From Candidatus Latescibacterota bacterium (lineage in GTDB: Bacteria > Latescibacterota > UBA2968 > GCA-2709665), in NCBI GenBank assembly GCA_963667175.2, contig CAXXXF010000006.1, positions 128,001 through 192,000 on the forward strand: a DNA stretch of 64,000 bases. The letters are read 5' to 3'. The position numbers were made by a program, and so were the translations under genes. This document shows, one piece after another, positions 50,036 to 58,791 of the stretch. Each line of letters starts with the position of its first letter. Within the stretch, counting starts at the first letter, position 1. The notes beneath the pieces were generated by a model, which worked only from the letters and a program-made list of their open reading frames with translations, searched no databases and was not told the DNA's origin.

Positions 50036-50359
50036 CTACACGGCAACCACGCGTCTTTGTCCCTCGCCGCTATCTGACGGAATGATACGGATCTCAATAT
50101 CGCGATTCAGGCGAGTTAGAAATGTCATTAACCGCTCAACGCTGTAATGATTGAATTTTCCCCTCTTCAGCCGGGATATTTCAGGCTGTTTCACCCCAAG
50201 GATTTCCGCCGCCTCAGCCTGGGTCAGATTCCGTTTTCCGATTATCTGAAAGACCTCAAAACCGAGTGTTGCCTTGAGAAACAACTCTTCCGCGTCTGGT
50301 AAGTCCAGATCCTGAAACACGTTTCCTGAACTTTTCTCGATCTTGATCCTATCGCTCAT
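50036..50359 (-). CDS. XRE/HTH antitoxin (HigA-like)
   Basis: SSGNVFQDL and LTQAEAAEILGVKQPEISRL motifs. Confidence 0.88.
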   Translation of the reverse strand: MSDRIKIEKSSGNVFQDLDLPDAEELFLKATLGFEVFQIIGKRNLTQAEAAEILGVKQPEISRLKRGKFNHYSVERLMTFLTRLNRDIEIRIIPSDSGEGQRRVVAV

Positions 50360-50717
50360 AGTCCGCCTCCAGCTCCAGCGCCTTTCTCAGGCGTCGTCTG
50401 ATCAGATCGACCTCTCTCAAGGGAGTCCTGGCTCCACGTGTTGATTTTTTCTGAAAACAATGCAATACATAAACCCTCGCGCCAATCTTTACTGCGTAGA
50501 CCGCGCGAAAAGCGTCCGTTTTATGATCCGCCCGAATCTCAAAGACGCCTGAGCCGACGCCCTTAAATGGTTTGGCCGCGGGAGACATGCTGCCCGCCTG
50601 CGCGATAAACAGAGCGTCACCGATATCCTTCTGAACCTGCGCCGGAAACTCCTTCAGCCTGGTTCTGGAGTCTCCAATCCAAAAGACCGTCCTCAAATTT
50701 CCTCGAGCACGAGACAT
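50349..50717 (-). CDS. RelE/ParE-superfamily toxin (Gp49/HigB-like)
   Basis: GVFEIR, FRAVY and VLHCFQKKS motifs; toxin gene precedes antitoxin gene. Confidence 0.9.
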   Translation of the reverse strand: MSRARGNLRTVFWIGDSRTRLKEFPAQVQKDIGDALFIAQAGSMSPAAKPFKGVGSGVFEIRADHKTDAFRAVYAVKIGARVYVLHCFQKKSTRGARTPLREVDLIRRRLRKALELEADYER

Positions 50718-50722
50718 TAAAT

Positions 50723-50751
50723 ATTATAACCAAATGGATATAAATTGTCAA
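50723..50751 (-). promoter_or_regulatory. Consensus sigma70 promoter of the toxin-antitoxin operon
   Basis: TTGACA-17 nt-TATAAT; imperfect palindrome at 50724-50743. Confidence 0.85.
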
Positions 50752-50851
50752 GCGATGCGTAAATTGCACGGTCCAGGCGGCCCGTGCATCAGAGACGAGA
50801 GGTGCCCGGCCGAACAAACAGAATCCGGACGTTCGATCGGGCATCGCGGGT

Positions 50852-51370
50852 TCAAAGGTACTGATAATACGTTACCTGGGGCTGCGCAATGTTGAATCCC
50901 ACTTTCTCGTAGGCACGGCGGGCGGGGGCGTGGCCCTCGTCCAACCCGGTCCCCACGGCGGCGAACCGAAGGCCTTCAGATCGAAAAAGGTCCAATGCGT
51001 ACCGATACATCGCCGTACCGATCCCCTTTCCCTGTATTTCGAGGGCCACCGCGTTGTTCGTGATTCTACCCAGCGACTTCCCCCGATCGATCGAAAACGT
51101 CAGAAACGCGACCACCCTCGCCGTCTCCACCCTCTCAATAACCCGGAACCAGTCGGGATGTCGATTCCAGTGCCCGTGCACCGCAGCCGTCTTCTCCGCC
51201 TCCCAGTTCTCACACAACACGGCGTGCATTTCCCGGCCCATGATTCCGGCGGTACTGTCGTGAATCCGCTGCCACGCCTGCCTGGCGATCTCGCCCACCC
51301 GATCCAGGTCTGCCGGACCTGCGTGTCGGATTTGAAACCCCGGGGCGAGTTCGGCGTTCGGACGGCTCAT
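50852..51370 (-). CDS. GNAT family N-acetyltransferase
   Basis: AV....QGKGIG and ARRAYEKVGF motifs; GGAGG RBS. Confidence 0.88.
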   Translation of the reverse strand: MSRPNAELAPGFQIRHAGPADLDRVGEIARQAWQRIHDSTAGIMGREMHAVLCENWEAEKTAAVHGHWNRHPDWFRVIERVETARVVAFLTFSIDRGKSLGRITNNAVALEIQGKGIGTAMYRYALDLFRSEGLRFAAVGTGLDEGHAPARRAYEKVGFNIAQPQVTYYQYL

Positions 51371-51552
51371 CAGACCTCCTGGCGGTCCTTGATTTCCCTG
51401 CGGAAAATTCCGCTCGTCTCCACTGGACAAATACACGGCATTCCGGAGCCGGCCTCGCCGTTCCTCAAATACAAAGGCGTTGACTTTCACCGGCGAGGCG
51501 ATATCTTGAAATCGATTCCAATATCCCGTAACGTACGAAAGGAGCGCTTCAC

Positions 51553-52317
51553 ATGAAACTGGGAATTGTCACGTATCAGATCGCGAAAGACTGGGATGTA
51601 CCAACATTGATCGATATGTGCCGAACAACGGGACTCCAGGGCGTCGAACTTCGCACCACCCACGCCCACGGCGTGGAACCCGACCTCGCGCCGGACGAAC
51701 GTGCCGCTGTCAAAGGCCGGTTCGAAGACGCGGGCATTGATATCGTCGGACTCGGAAGCGTCTACGAATACCACGCCCCGGATCCCGAAACCGTGCGTCA
51801 GAACATCGACGGTACCATTGAATATGCGAGACTCGCCGCCGACCTGGGTTGCCCGGGCGTTAAGGTGCGTCCAAACGGATTGCAGACGGACAGAGGCGTT
51901 CCTGAAGAGCGGACACTCGAGCAGATCGGGCTGGCCTTAAGAGAATGCGGAGAGGCCGCCGAGGGTCTGGGTGTTCAGATCCGGGTTGAAGTCCACGGTC
52001 GGGACACCTGCGAACCCCGGCGCATGCGCCGCATTATGGACCATGCCGACCACGAGAACGTCTGGATCTGCTGGAACTCGAACCCCCAGGACATCGTCGA
52101 CGGTTCGGTCAGGGCGGGTTTCAACCTCCTGAAACACCGGCTCGGGCTCGTGCACATCAACGAACTGCACAAGTCCGAATACCCGTGGCGGGAACTCTTC
52201 GGTCTCCTGAAAGCCGAAGGCTACGACGGATACACGCTCGCGGAAATCCCCGACAGCCCGGAACCCGAACGCCTGTTGCGCTACTATCGGGCGCTCTGGC
52301 AGGCACTGATGGCCTGA
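51553..52317 (+). CDS. Sugar phosphate isomerase/epimerase (AP-endonuclease-2 TIM barrel)
   Basis: GVELR, VEVH, VHI and LAE motifs; AAGGAG RBS. Confidence 0.85.
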   Translation: MKLGIVTYQIAKDWDVPTLIDMCRTTGLQGVELRTTHAHGVEPDLAPDERAAVKGRFEDAGIDIVGLGSVYEYHAPDPETVRQNIDGTIEYARLAADLGCPGVKVRPNGLQTDRGVPEERTLEQIGLALRECGEAAEGLGVQIRVEVHGRDTCEPRRMRRIMDHADHENVWICWNSNPQDIVDGSVRAGFNLLKHRLGLVHINELHKSEYPWRELFGLLKAEGYDGYTLAEIPDSPEPERLLRYYRALWQALMA

Positions 52318-52395
52318 TCCGGCGTACTGCATCGAACTGCACAGGTGCGTGGCGGTACCATGCGTATTGAAGTTCGTGCCACGGAACTTCCACAT

Positions 52396-53703
52396 TCATG
52401 CCCAAACCTCCCCCGTTTTCAGCCCGAAGTTGATGCGGTTGTCATTCAGAATTGATGCCGCACGTCCTGGCGAAACATCGACTACTGACCCATCCGACTT
52501 AGTCAGCGTCCATGCTTCTGTGGTCAGGTTTCGCAGGCCGAAAAGATTTCGAACTTGTGAATTCTGAACGACTTCCGCGATCGGCGTGTCGTCATCTCGG
52601 GCCTGACCGACGTGGTAGCCGAACAGTCGGGTGGTGCGATTGAGCAGGATGATTTCGTCGTCAATTTTGATGCGCGGTGGGAGTACCAGCGGCTTCTTGC
52701 ATGACCAGCAGCGCTTGCCGCCAGCGGGCGCAGCGACCGCAGGCTCATAGAAATTCTCGGCGCCGCATCCGCACCGCCAGATGCTGTTGATGGCACTGGC
52801 AAGAGCCTTCCGCCACTCCGACTCACGCACGCGCCTGGGCGGATAGCGCAATCCGTCCGTGAACGATCGCCGGAACAAATCGGCCAGAAATCCCGGGTAC
52901 ATGTCGCGAAAAGCGATGGGGTTGTCGTGAATCCCGGGAACAGGACGGTTGGAATCGTCCTTCGTATCCCAGATGTAGAGCGGATTAGATCCGTATAGTC
53001 GCTCGTAGGCAGGCACATCAAGACAGCGTATGTTCGCTTCAAGTTGACCGTCGAGGGGATGACCGCCGTACAAAAGAAAAAACAGAAGTACCGCCAGCGA
53101 GTAGAGATCGGTATCGGCAGACGGAGCTTGCTCTCGACGAACCACCTCTGGGGCCATAAAACGCTGGGTACCCATCACACTGCCCGTTTCGGCGCCCGTA
53201 ATGTCAACGTTGTCGTTGTCACAAATGCGGATATCGCCGGTCTTCGGATCAAAGAACACATTGGTAAAGGAAATGTCCCGATAGCAGAGGCCGTGGCTGT
53301 GGAGGCGGAGAAAGCCATCCGCGAGTTTTCTGCCAGCCGTGAGCAATGCACGCATTGATGGGTGGATCCGCCGTGCCATGAAATCTTCCACGCCCCGGAA
53401 GTTGGGCTCTCGAAGGGCCATGATGTAGCCGTACCGTTCTGACTGGATATCTTTTACCATCGCCATCGGCCACAGGAAGTGCGGTGCAGGCGAGCCTTTT
53501 TCAACCAACCGCTCAAGTACCGCTTTTTGTTCCACGGTAGACGTATTCCGGTGATATATCTTCACCGCGACGGCCTCTCCGCCGTCAGTGGCTTTCCAGA
53601 CCTCGCCTTGTCCCCCCTGACCGAGCAGGCTATTGGCAGTGATGCGCGTTCCGTCTGTAATTTTCAGTAGTTCTGGCTTTCGCATTTGCGACTTCTCCAT
53701 CAT
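52396..53703 (-). CDS. Ser/Thr kinase of the TerY-P triad, with zinc ribbon and a possibly FHA-like C-terminal domain
   Basis: GQGGQGEV, AVK, YRDIS..N, CDNDN, MAPE and DLYSL motifs; CGC...CWSC. Confidence 0.9.
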   Translation of the reverse strand: MMEKSQMRKPELLKITDGTRITANSLLGQGGQGEVWKATDGGEAVAVKIYHRNTSTVEQKAVLERLVEKGSPAPHFLWPMAMVKDIQSERYGYIMALREPNFRGVEDFMARRIHPSMRALLTAGRKLADGFLRLHSHGLCYRDISFTNVFFDPKTGDIRICDNDNVDITGAETGSVMGTQRFMAPEVVRREQAPSADTDLYSLAVLLFFLLYGGHPLDGQLEANIRCLDVPAYERLYGSNPLYIWDTKDDSNRPVPGIHDNPIAFRDMYPGFLADLFRRSFTDGLRYPPRRVRESEWRKALASAINSIWRCGCGAENFYEPAVAAPAGGKRCWSCKKPLVLPPRIKIDDEIILLNRTTRLFGYHVGQARDDDTPIAEVVQNSQVRNLFGLRNLTTEAWTLTKSDGSVVDVSPGRAASILNDNRINFGLKTGEVWA

Positions 53704-54704
53704 TTCAAGATTGCTTTAGCCTTTACTGTTCCCACAACCCTGCAGAGGGCATCTCGGATCCATCGTACGATCCAGTTGTTCGATGTTGCCTCCAGATTCC
53801 CCGACGACGACTCGTCTGATTCCATCTCCGCTGGCCTCTCCATCGAAGTCCGATTCGGCTCATTTTGCGGCGAATTTTCCGACGATATTGTGGAAGAACC
53901 CGCAACAGTCTGGCTCGTTGATGGCGGCCAGTATATTAGCGCAAGGCCGATGTCGTCACCAGCTCCCTGAGCGGTGGTCTGCTCAAGGAAACCCCGCAAG
54001 TTCAAGGCGGAGACCCCATTCTTGCGTATAAGGTTGAGATAATCGGGGCCAATCTGCCTGAACGCGGCGTCCGTCGGGTATGATTTGCTGTATCCATCGG
54101 TCGAAAGCACGAGGAGTGTCTCTCCAACAGGTGCACGTAGGGCGCGCATACGAAGCGAGTACTCTGCCTCCGGAAGACACAGACTGGATGTTTCGTCGGC
54201 GAACACCGCAGGGTCGGCCGGTAGCAGGACTTCGGGTTTTCCATCCTTGGCGACGAGCAGAACATCGCCGTCTCCCAGTTGTCCAACCAACAGGAAGTCC
54301 GGCGTGGCTAAGGCGACTATGAGTGTCGATCCATAATCCGAGAGCGGCGATTCGTCGTCGCCAGCCTTGGCGCGTACTTGCGCTTTCCATTCCCGGACGA
54401 TATGCATGCGGAGGGGATGTTCGGCGCACTTCCGTACCTGCGTCAAATCTGAAGCGCATTCACCGAGATCCTCGGCGAACCGTACGAGCGAGGTAAGCGC
54501 CACCTGGACTGCGAGTCGGGCACCGACGTCGGCGTGTTTGCTCGTGCCATGGCCGTCAGCGACAGCCGCGACTACGGAGTCGGCGACCGCACAGACCCTC
54601 ACCTCATCCTGGCAGGGTTTACCGGACCGCATGTGGTTCGCACCGATGACACGCTCAAAGGCGAATGCGGGTCGTCGGCCGGTTTCTCGACTACCAGACG
54701 TCAT
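53700..54704 (-). CDS. PP2C-family phosphatase (YegK-like)
   Basis: G..H...KPCQD, ADGHG, GDG, STDG and DDI motifs; ATG at 54704 overlaps the vWA gene end. Confidence 0.88.
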   Translation of the reverse strand: MTSGSRETGRRPAFAFERVIGANHMRSGKPCQDEVRVCAVADSVVAAVADGHGTSKHADVGARLAVQVALTSLVRFAEDLGECASDLTQVRKCAEHPLRMHIVREWKAQVRAKAGDDESPLSDYGSTLIVALATPDFLLVGQLGDGDVLLVAKDGKPEVLLPADPAVFADETSSLCLPEAEYSLRMRALRAPVGETLLVLSTDGYSKSYPTDAAFRQIGPDYLNLIRKNGVSALNLRGFLEQTTAQGAGDDIGLALIYWPPSTSQTVAGSSTISSENSPQNEPNRTSMERPAEMESDESSSGNLEATSNNWIVRWIRDALCRVVGTVKAKAILK

Positions 54705-55407
54705 TGGCGTCTGCCAGGTCTGGCGCCGGAGGCGGAGGCAACGGCACATTGACGCCGGCGGGAGCAGCCGACGTCTGGCTCGCTGGAGCGGACGCGGCCT
54801 GCAACACTGCGGTGGACGCCCAACGGATATAATTGACCAGATCTTCTGCGTTGTCGGCCTGCAACGGTTGAATCTCTGCGTGACCGATGAAACGCTGGAG
54901 GACATTGTTATCCGCATCGCCAATTGCGATTGCAAGACGCACGGCCTTCTTGCCCCAGGGTTCGGCCATCAATGCTTCTAGCCCTTCATTGAAGTTATCC
55001 GTAGGTTGTCCGTCACTGATAAGCACCAGAACGGGAGGCAACGCACGCTCAGGCATCGGCGGCGTCTTGAGCGCGTCATCTGTGACCAGAGACAGGGCAC
55101 GCCCCATAGAGGTCATGCCATTGGCCGAAAGGTCAGTCCACTCAAACTCATCAACCGCTGTCGGCTGTGAAACGTGCCACTGGGCGCCGGATGAAAACTT
55201 GATCGCCCGCACAAGGACCTCCGCGTTCGGATTGCCGTGTGCGACCTCTCGCATATGCGGGATGGCCTCCCGGATCGCTTGATTGAGTGCTTGAATCTTG
55301 CGGCCCGCCATTGAGGACGAGCAATCCGCGATGAAGATGAAATGGAGGGGCCTGTTTGCGATCGGTCCGCCCGGGAGTTTGTGCTCCATTGACTCTTCTT
55401 GTTCCAT
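54691..55407 (-). CDS. terY: TerY-type von Willebrand factor A domain protein
   Basis: MIDAS DCSSSM, T.MG.AL, LISDGQPTD and AIAIG motifs. Confidence 0.9.
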   Translation of the reverse strand: MEQEESMEHKLPGGPIANRPLHFIFIADCSSSMAGRKIQALNQAIREAIPHMREVAHGNPNAEVLVRAIKFSSGAQWHVSQPTAVDEFEWTDLSANGMTSMGRALSLVTDDALKTPPMPERALPPVLVLISDGQPTDNFNEGLEALMAEPWGKKAVRLAIAIGDADNNVLQRFIGHAEIQPLQADNAEDLVNYIRWASTAVLQAASAPASQTSAAPAGVNVPLPPPPAPDLADANDVW

Positions 55408-55447
55408 AGATTCTCCTCCGTGTTGAAGTTGCTTTGACCTGTTACGC

Positions 55448-57694
55448 CTATGAAGGGTTGACGACAGCCACGAGTTCGGCCTGAAGTCGTTCCGCGACGG
55501 GCTTCGCTGGCTCGAGTTGATCCCAGGTGCGGATGGCGAGGAAGCGCTCTCCGCGAAATTCGTAGAGTTCCCCTATCTCTGGAGGCGCCTCGGACGGGAT
55601 CGGCGGATGCAAACTCACTTCGCATGTTGACGGGGCCGGAAGTCGCTGCGGCCTATCGAAACGGAATTCCTCCGATGCGACACGGTTGAAATTTTCAATC
55701 TCCCTGGAAAGGCGGGTAGCATCGGCCTGAAGGTCGGCAATCGCCTTCTTCGCCTCGGTCAAGCGAGCAGATACATCGTCGAGTTCGGACAGGGGAGGCA
55801 ACCAATCTGATAGGCTCTCTCGGTCCTGCTTGTTGCGGGCGACCATCCGTTCTGCGTCCCTCACGCGCTTATACGCTCTCTTTCGTGGTCCCTTGGACCG
55901 CTGGCCCTTATGCTCTCTCTTGAGAGACTTCCAGAGTGTGTGCGATTCCTCCAGCTTTGCCTCAAGATCAGCCCGCTGCTTGTCCAAAAAAGCCTTCCGC
56001 TCCTGGCGTTTGGTTGCCACAACGTTGTCAAGAGTAGCCTGCCCTTCCCGTCGTCTATCCCCCGCCGCGCCCTGGGCTTCCTCGTTTGCCGCTAGCTTCT
56101 GTCGTGCCTCACCCAACTTGGCGTTGGCGTCATTGACACGCTGTTCCCATACGCCTCGCTGATCTTCCCTCGCCTTGGCATCCTCTGCATCCTGCTGCTG
56201 ATTAAAGGCGTTACGCCGCATCCCATCCACGCGACCGACGATCCGGACGAGGCGTTCCATGCGCTCCTCGGCTTGATCCGATATCCCGCTTGGACGCGAC
56301 TCACCGATTTCGTCAAGTTCGTCTCTGAGTTGCTCTCGTTCCGAGGCCAGGTTCCAATCCCGAGACGGGAGCCATTGGCGAAGTTTGTTCAACAGCCCTT
56401 CTTGACTTTCAAGTTCGTTAAGCTCGTGGCGGAGAGTAACCACCGTGCGTGACGCCCACTCATCCACTGCTGTCCAGCTACGTACGATCTCGGCAGTGTG
56501 GGCGTCCGGCGGCAAGGCAGCCGGTACTCGCTGCCATCGGATGGTCGCTTCCAGGGCGAGAGGTGGAATATCTGGTAAGCGAGCGGGCCGAAGAGAGTCG
56601 AAACTCAGCAACGGCGCGTCCAAATCGCCGGCGTCCAACAGGACGGTCTGGACGACCTCGGCTGGCTGAGTCGCCCGGTCCAGCAACACTCTGCCTTTGA
56701 CAGCGTCGAGCCGTCGATCAGGATGGAACTCCCAATCCGGTTGTTTCGCCATCTGGTCGAGAGCGTGGATGAGATTTATCGCCTCGCCACGGGGCCATTC
56801 GACCTGGAGTGCGATCGGTGCTTCCACGAGATCCATAACCATACGCTGATATGTAACCGTCGTCCTCGGAAGGCCGGTATCAACCCACAGGACCCGGTGG
56901 CCTCGTTGGCAGAGTGCCTTGGGAAGATCGAGATCTACTGGGCCATCTCTCCCGCCGTTTGCCCAGGCGCCAGTGGGAGGAACAAACAGCACTCGGGCAC
57001 GTCCGGGGTCTACCGCCAACGGTGAAATCCTGATTTCGGCATCGGGAACCGGATCGTCGATATTTCCGTCCAGTCGGAGCCGGCCAGCCGCGAGCGAGAC
57101 GTCGGTTCCGGGAGGGTCAAATGGTGCTGCCAGCGGCTCTTGGAAGGAGACTTCACCACTGATGTCCGGCAGGGCTTCGCGCTCTGCATGGAACCAGAAC
57201 AGCACTCGAAATGCCTCAAACAGTGACCGTGCCAAGGCTCCCTCGACGGGAATCACCCATCTTTGATGCTCTGCGGTCGGCCCTACGACAAGTCGTCCTT
57301 CGCGTCCCTTATCAACGACGAGCCAGTCCGCAGGTGTGCGAGGACCCAAGCGCGTGAGGACCCGGTCACCCATACCCGCCGTTCTTTGAACCATTGCAGT
57401 ATCGGCCTCAAGAGCACGGTCCCCATAGATATAAAGTCGGCAGTGCACAGGAAGAGATTGTAAGACAGCGTTAAGCAATTTGTGCGAGGTTACTGTCGAA
57501 CCTATCGCGAGGACTACGATGTGAGCATCCTTCACGAGCGGCTGCACGTCATTGAAGGCGTAGGAGGGGTTCAAGTCGGTCCACGGAAGGTCAATATTCG
57601 CACCATTGCCCTGTTCCCAGAGCGGAAGCTCTTTCTCCCTCCGGTCAATCCGTTCCTCGTGTACTTCGGATTGAATCGGCCCGCTACGCATCAT
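55448..57694 (-). CDS. Hypothetical protein: possible degenerate PLD-like N-terminus and long coiled-coil C-terminus
   Basis: 748-aa ORF coupled by ATGA overlap; charged heptad-rich C-terminal third. Confidence 0.75.
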   Translation of the reverse strand: MMRSGPIQSEVHEERIDRREKELPLWEQGNGANIDLPWTDLNPSYAFNDVQPLVKDAHIVVLAIGSTVTSHKLLNAVLQSLPVHCRLYIYGDRALEADTAMVQRTAGMGDRVLTRLGPRTPADWLVVDKGREGRLVVGPTAEHQRWVIPVEGALARSLFEAFRVLFWFHAEREALPDISGEVSFQEPLAAPFDPPGTDVSLAAGRLRLDGNIDDPVPDAEIRISPLAVDPGRARVLFVPPTGAWANGGRDGPVDLDLPKALCQRGHRVLWVDTGLPRTTVTYQRMVMDLVEAPIALQVEWPRGEAINLIHALDQMAKQPDWEFHPDRRLDAVKGRVLLDRATQPAEVVQTVLLDAGDLDAPLLSFDSLRPARLPDIPPLALEATIRWQRVPAALPPDAHTAEIVRSWTAVDEWASRTVVTLRHELNELESQEGLLNKLRQWLPSRDWNLASEREQLRDELDEIGESRPSGISDQAEERMERLVRIVGRVDGMRRNAFNQQQDAEDAKAREDQRGVWEQRVNDANAKLGEARQKLAANEEAQGAAGDRRREGQATLDNVVATKRQERKAFLDKQRADLEAKLEESHTLWKSLKREHKGQRSKGPRKRAYKRVRDAERMVARNKQDRESLSDWLPPLSELDDVSARLTEAKKAIADLQADATRLSREIENFNRVASEEFRFDRPQRLPAPSTCEVSLHPPIPSEAPPEIGELYEFRGERFLAIRTWDQLEPAKPVAERLQAELVAVVNPS

Positions 57695-58791
57695 GCCTCC
57701 ATTCCCAAATCGGCACCCGCGGAGAGCAGCCATCTCGTCCGGGCGGCGAGGAGTCGACCATTCACCTCAGAGAGTACTGACGGATCGGGCGCATCTCCAG
57801 CCCATTTTGCCAGTGGGGTATCTTCGATAATGTCTGACCACTCCGACTGATAGGCATCGGGATCCATATATATGTCCTCAGCCTCGGCTTGAGCAACGAG
57901 AATAGCTGTTGCCCAGGTGCGAGCGTCACCCTTTGTTGCCGGGCCGACCGGTATGTCTCGGACCTCGACCGTATCGAACGGGCCGAAATCTCTGACCTGC
58001 TTATTCTTGTAACTCCTGGATCGAAGGAATGACTCGCGTCCGCCCTGCCCGACCTTTCCGTCATACGCTATGGCGAGGCGACCCACTTGCTCGTCCCATT
58101 GCGGTTCCCAGTCTGCGCAGAAATCGACCAACTTGCTCGGCTCCACCGACTCAGGTGAGGATCGGAACTTGCCGCGCCGCCCCCAGTCTCCGCTCACTTG
58201 CCCTTCAATCGTCCACTTGTTGCTTCCCGATCCAAGGTCTATATCCCACTGCAAATTCCCTGTGGTCATCTCTTCGACGCGGCAAACCGGACTTTGGCCT
58301 CTTTGTGCCGGGAACTTCGCAATGTTGAATCGCTTATCTTGGAAAATCGACGTGAATACCCGGTTGTGATTGGGTGAGAACCACGACGGAAGCTGCTCGT
58401 GGTTGCTGTAGTCGCGATCCCTCCTATCGCCAGGGGTGCGTTTGAAATCAAGGACATAACTTTCAAAGAGCGGATGGAATGCCACGAGCAGACGATATAC
58501 GCCCTGCTCCCGGGCAGGCGCCTCGCCCGACGACGCACAACGGCGTCCGAGAGCAGTCAGTACTCCGTTTCGATCAACAAGCTGAATATAGCGTAAGTGG
58601 CGCAACAGGTTTGCCCTTGCCCGACGCGACAGTCCCGGCAGGACAGTCTCAAACACGTCCTCTTCGAGAGCGCCATGGCCCCGAGCGGCGACGCATAAGA
58701 CCTGAAGATCCGGTCTCTTTTCCCAGACGGCGAGTTCTGCAAACACCGCAATGTTCCGGATCTCAACTTCTGCTTCGAGGCGGGCATTCAT
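57691..58791 (-). CDS. Hypothetical protein with probable N-terminal winged HTH
   Basis: NLLRHLRYIQLVDRNGVLTALG pattern; 4-nt overlaps with both neighbours. Confidence 0.75.
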   Translation of the reverse strand: MNARLEAEVEIRNIAVFAELAVWEKRPDLQVLCVAARGHGALEEDVFETVLPGLSRRARANLLRHLRYIQLVDRNGVLTALGRRCASSGEAPAREQGVYRLLVAFHPLFESYVLDFKRTPGDRRDRDYSNHEQLPSWFSPNHNRVFTSIFQDKRFNIAKFPAQRGQSPVCRVEEMTTGNLQWDIDLGSGSNKWTIEGQVSGDWGRRGKFRSSPESVEPSKLVDFCADWEPQWDEQVGRLAIAYDGKVGQGGRESFLRSRSYKNKQVRDFGPFDTVEVRDIPVGPATKGDARTWATAILVAQAEAEDIYMDPDAYQSEWSDIIEDTPLAKWAGDAPDPSVLSEVNGRLLAARTRWLLSAGADLGMEA

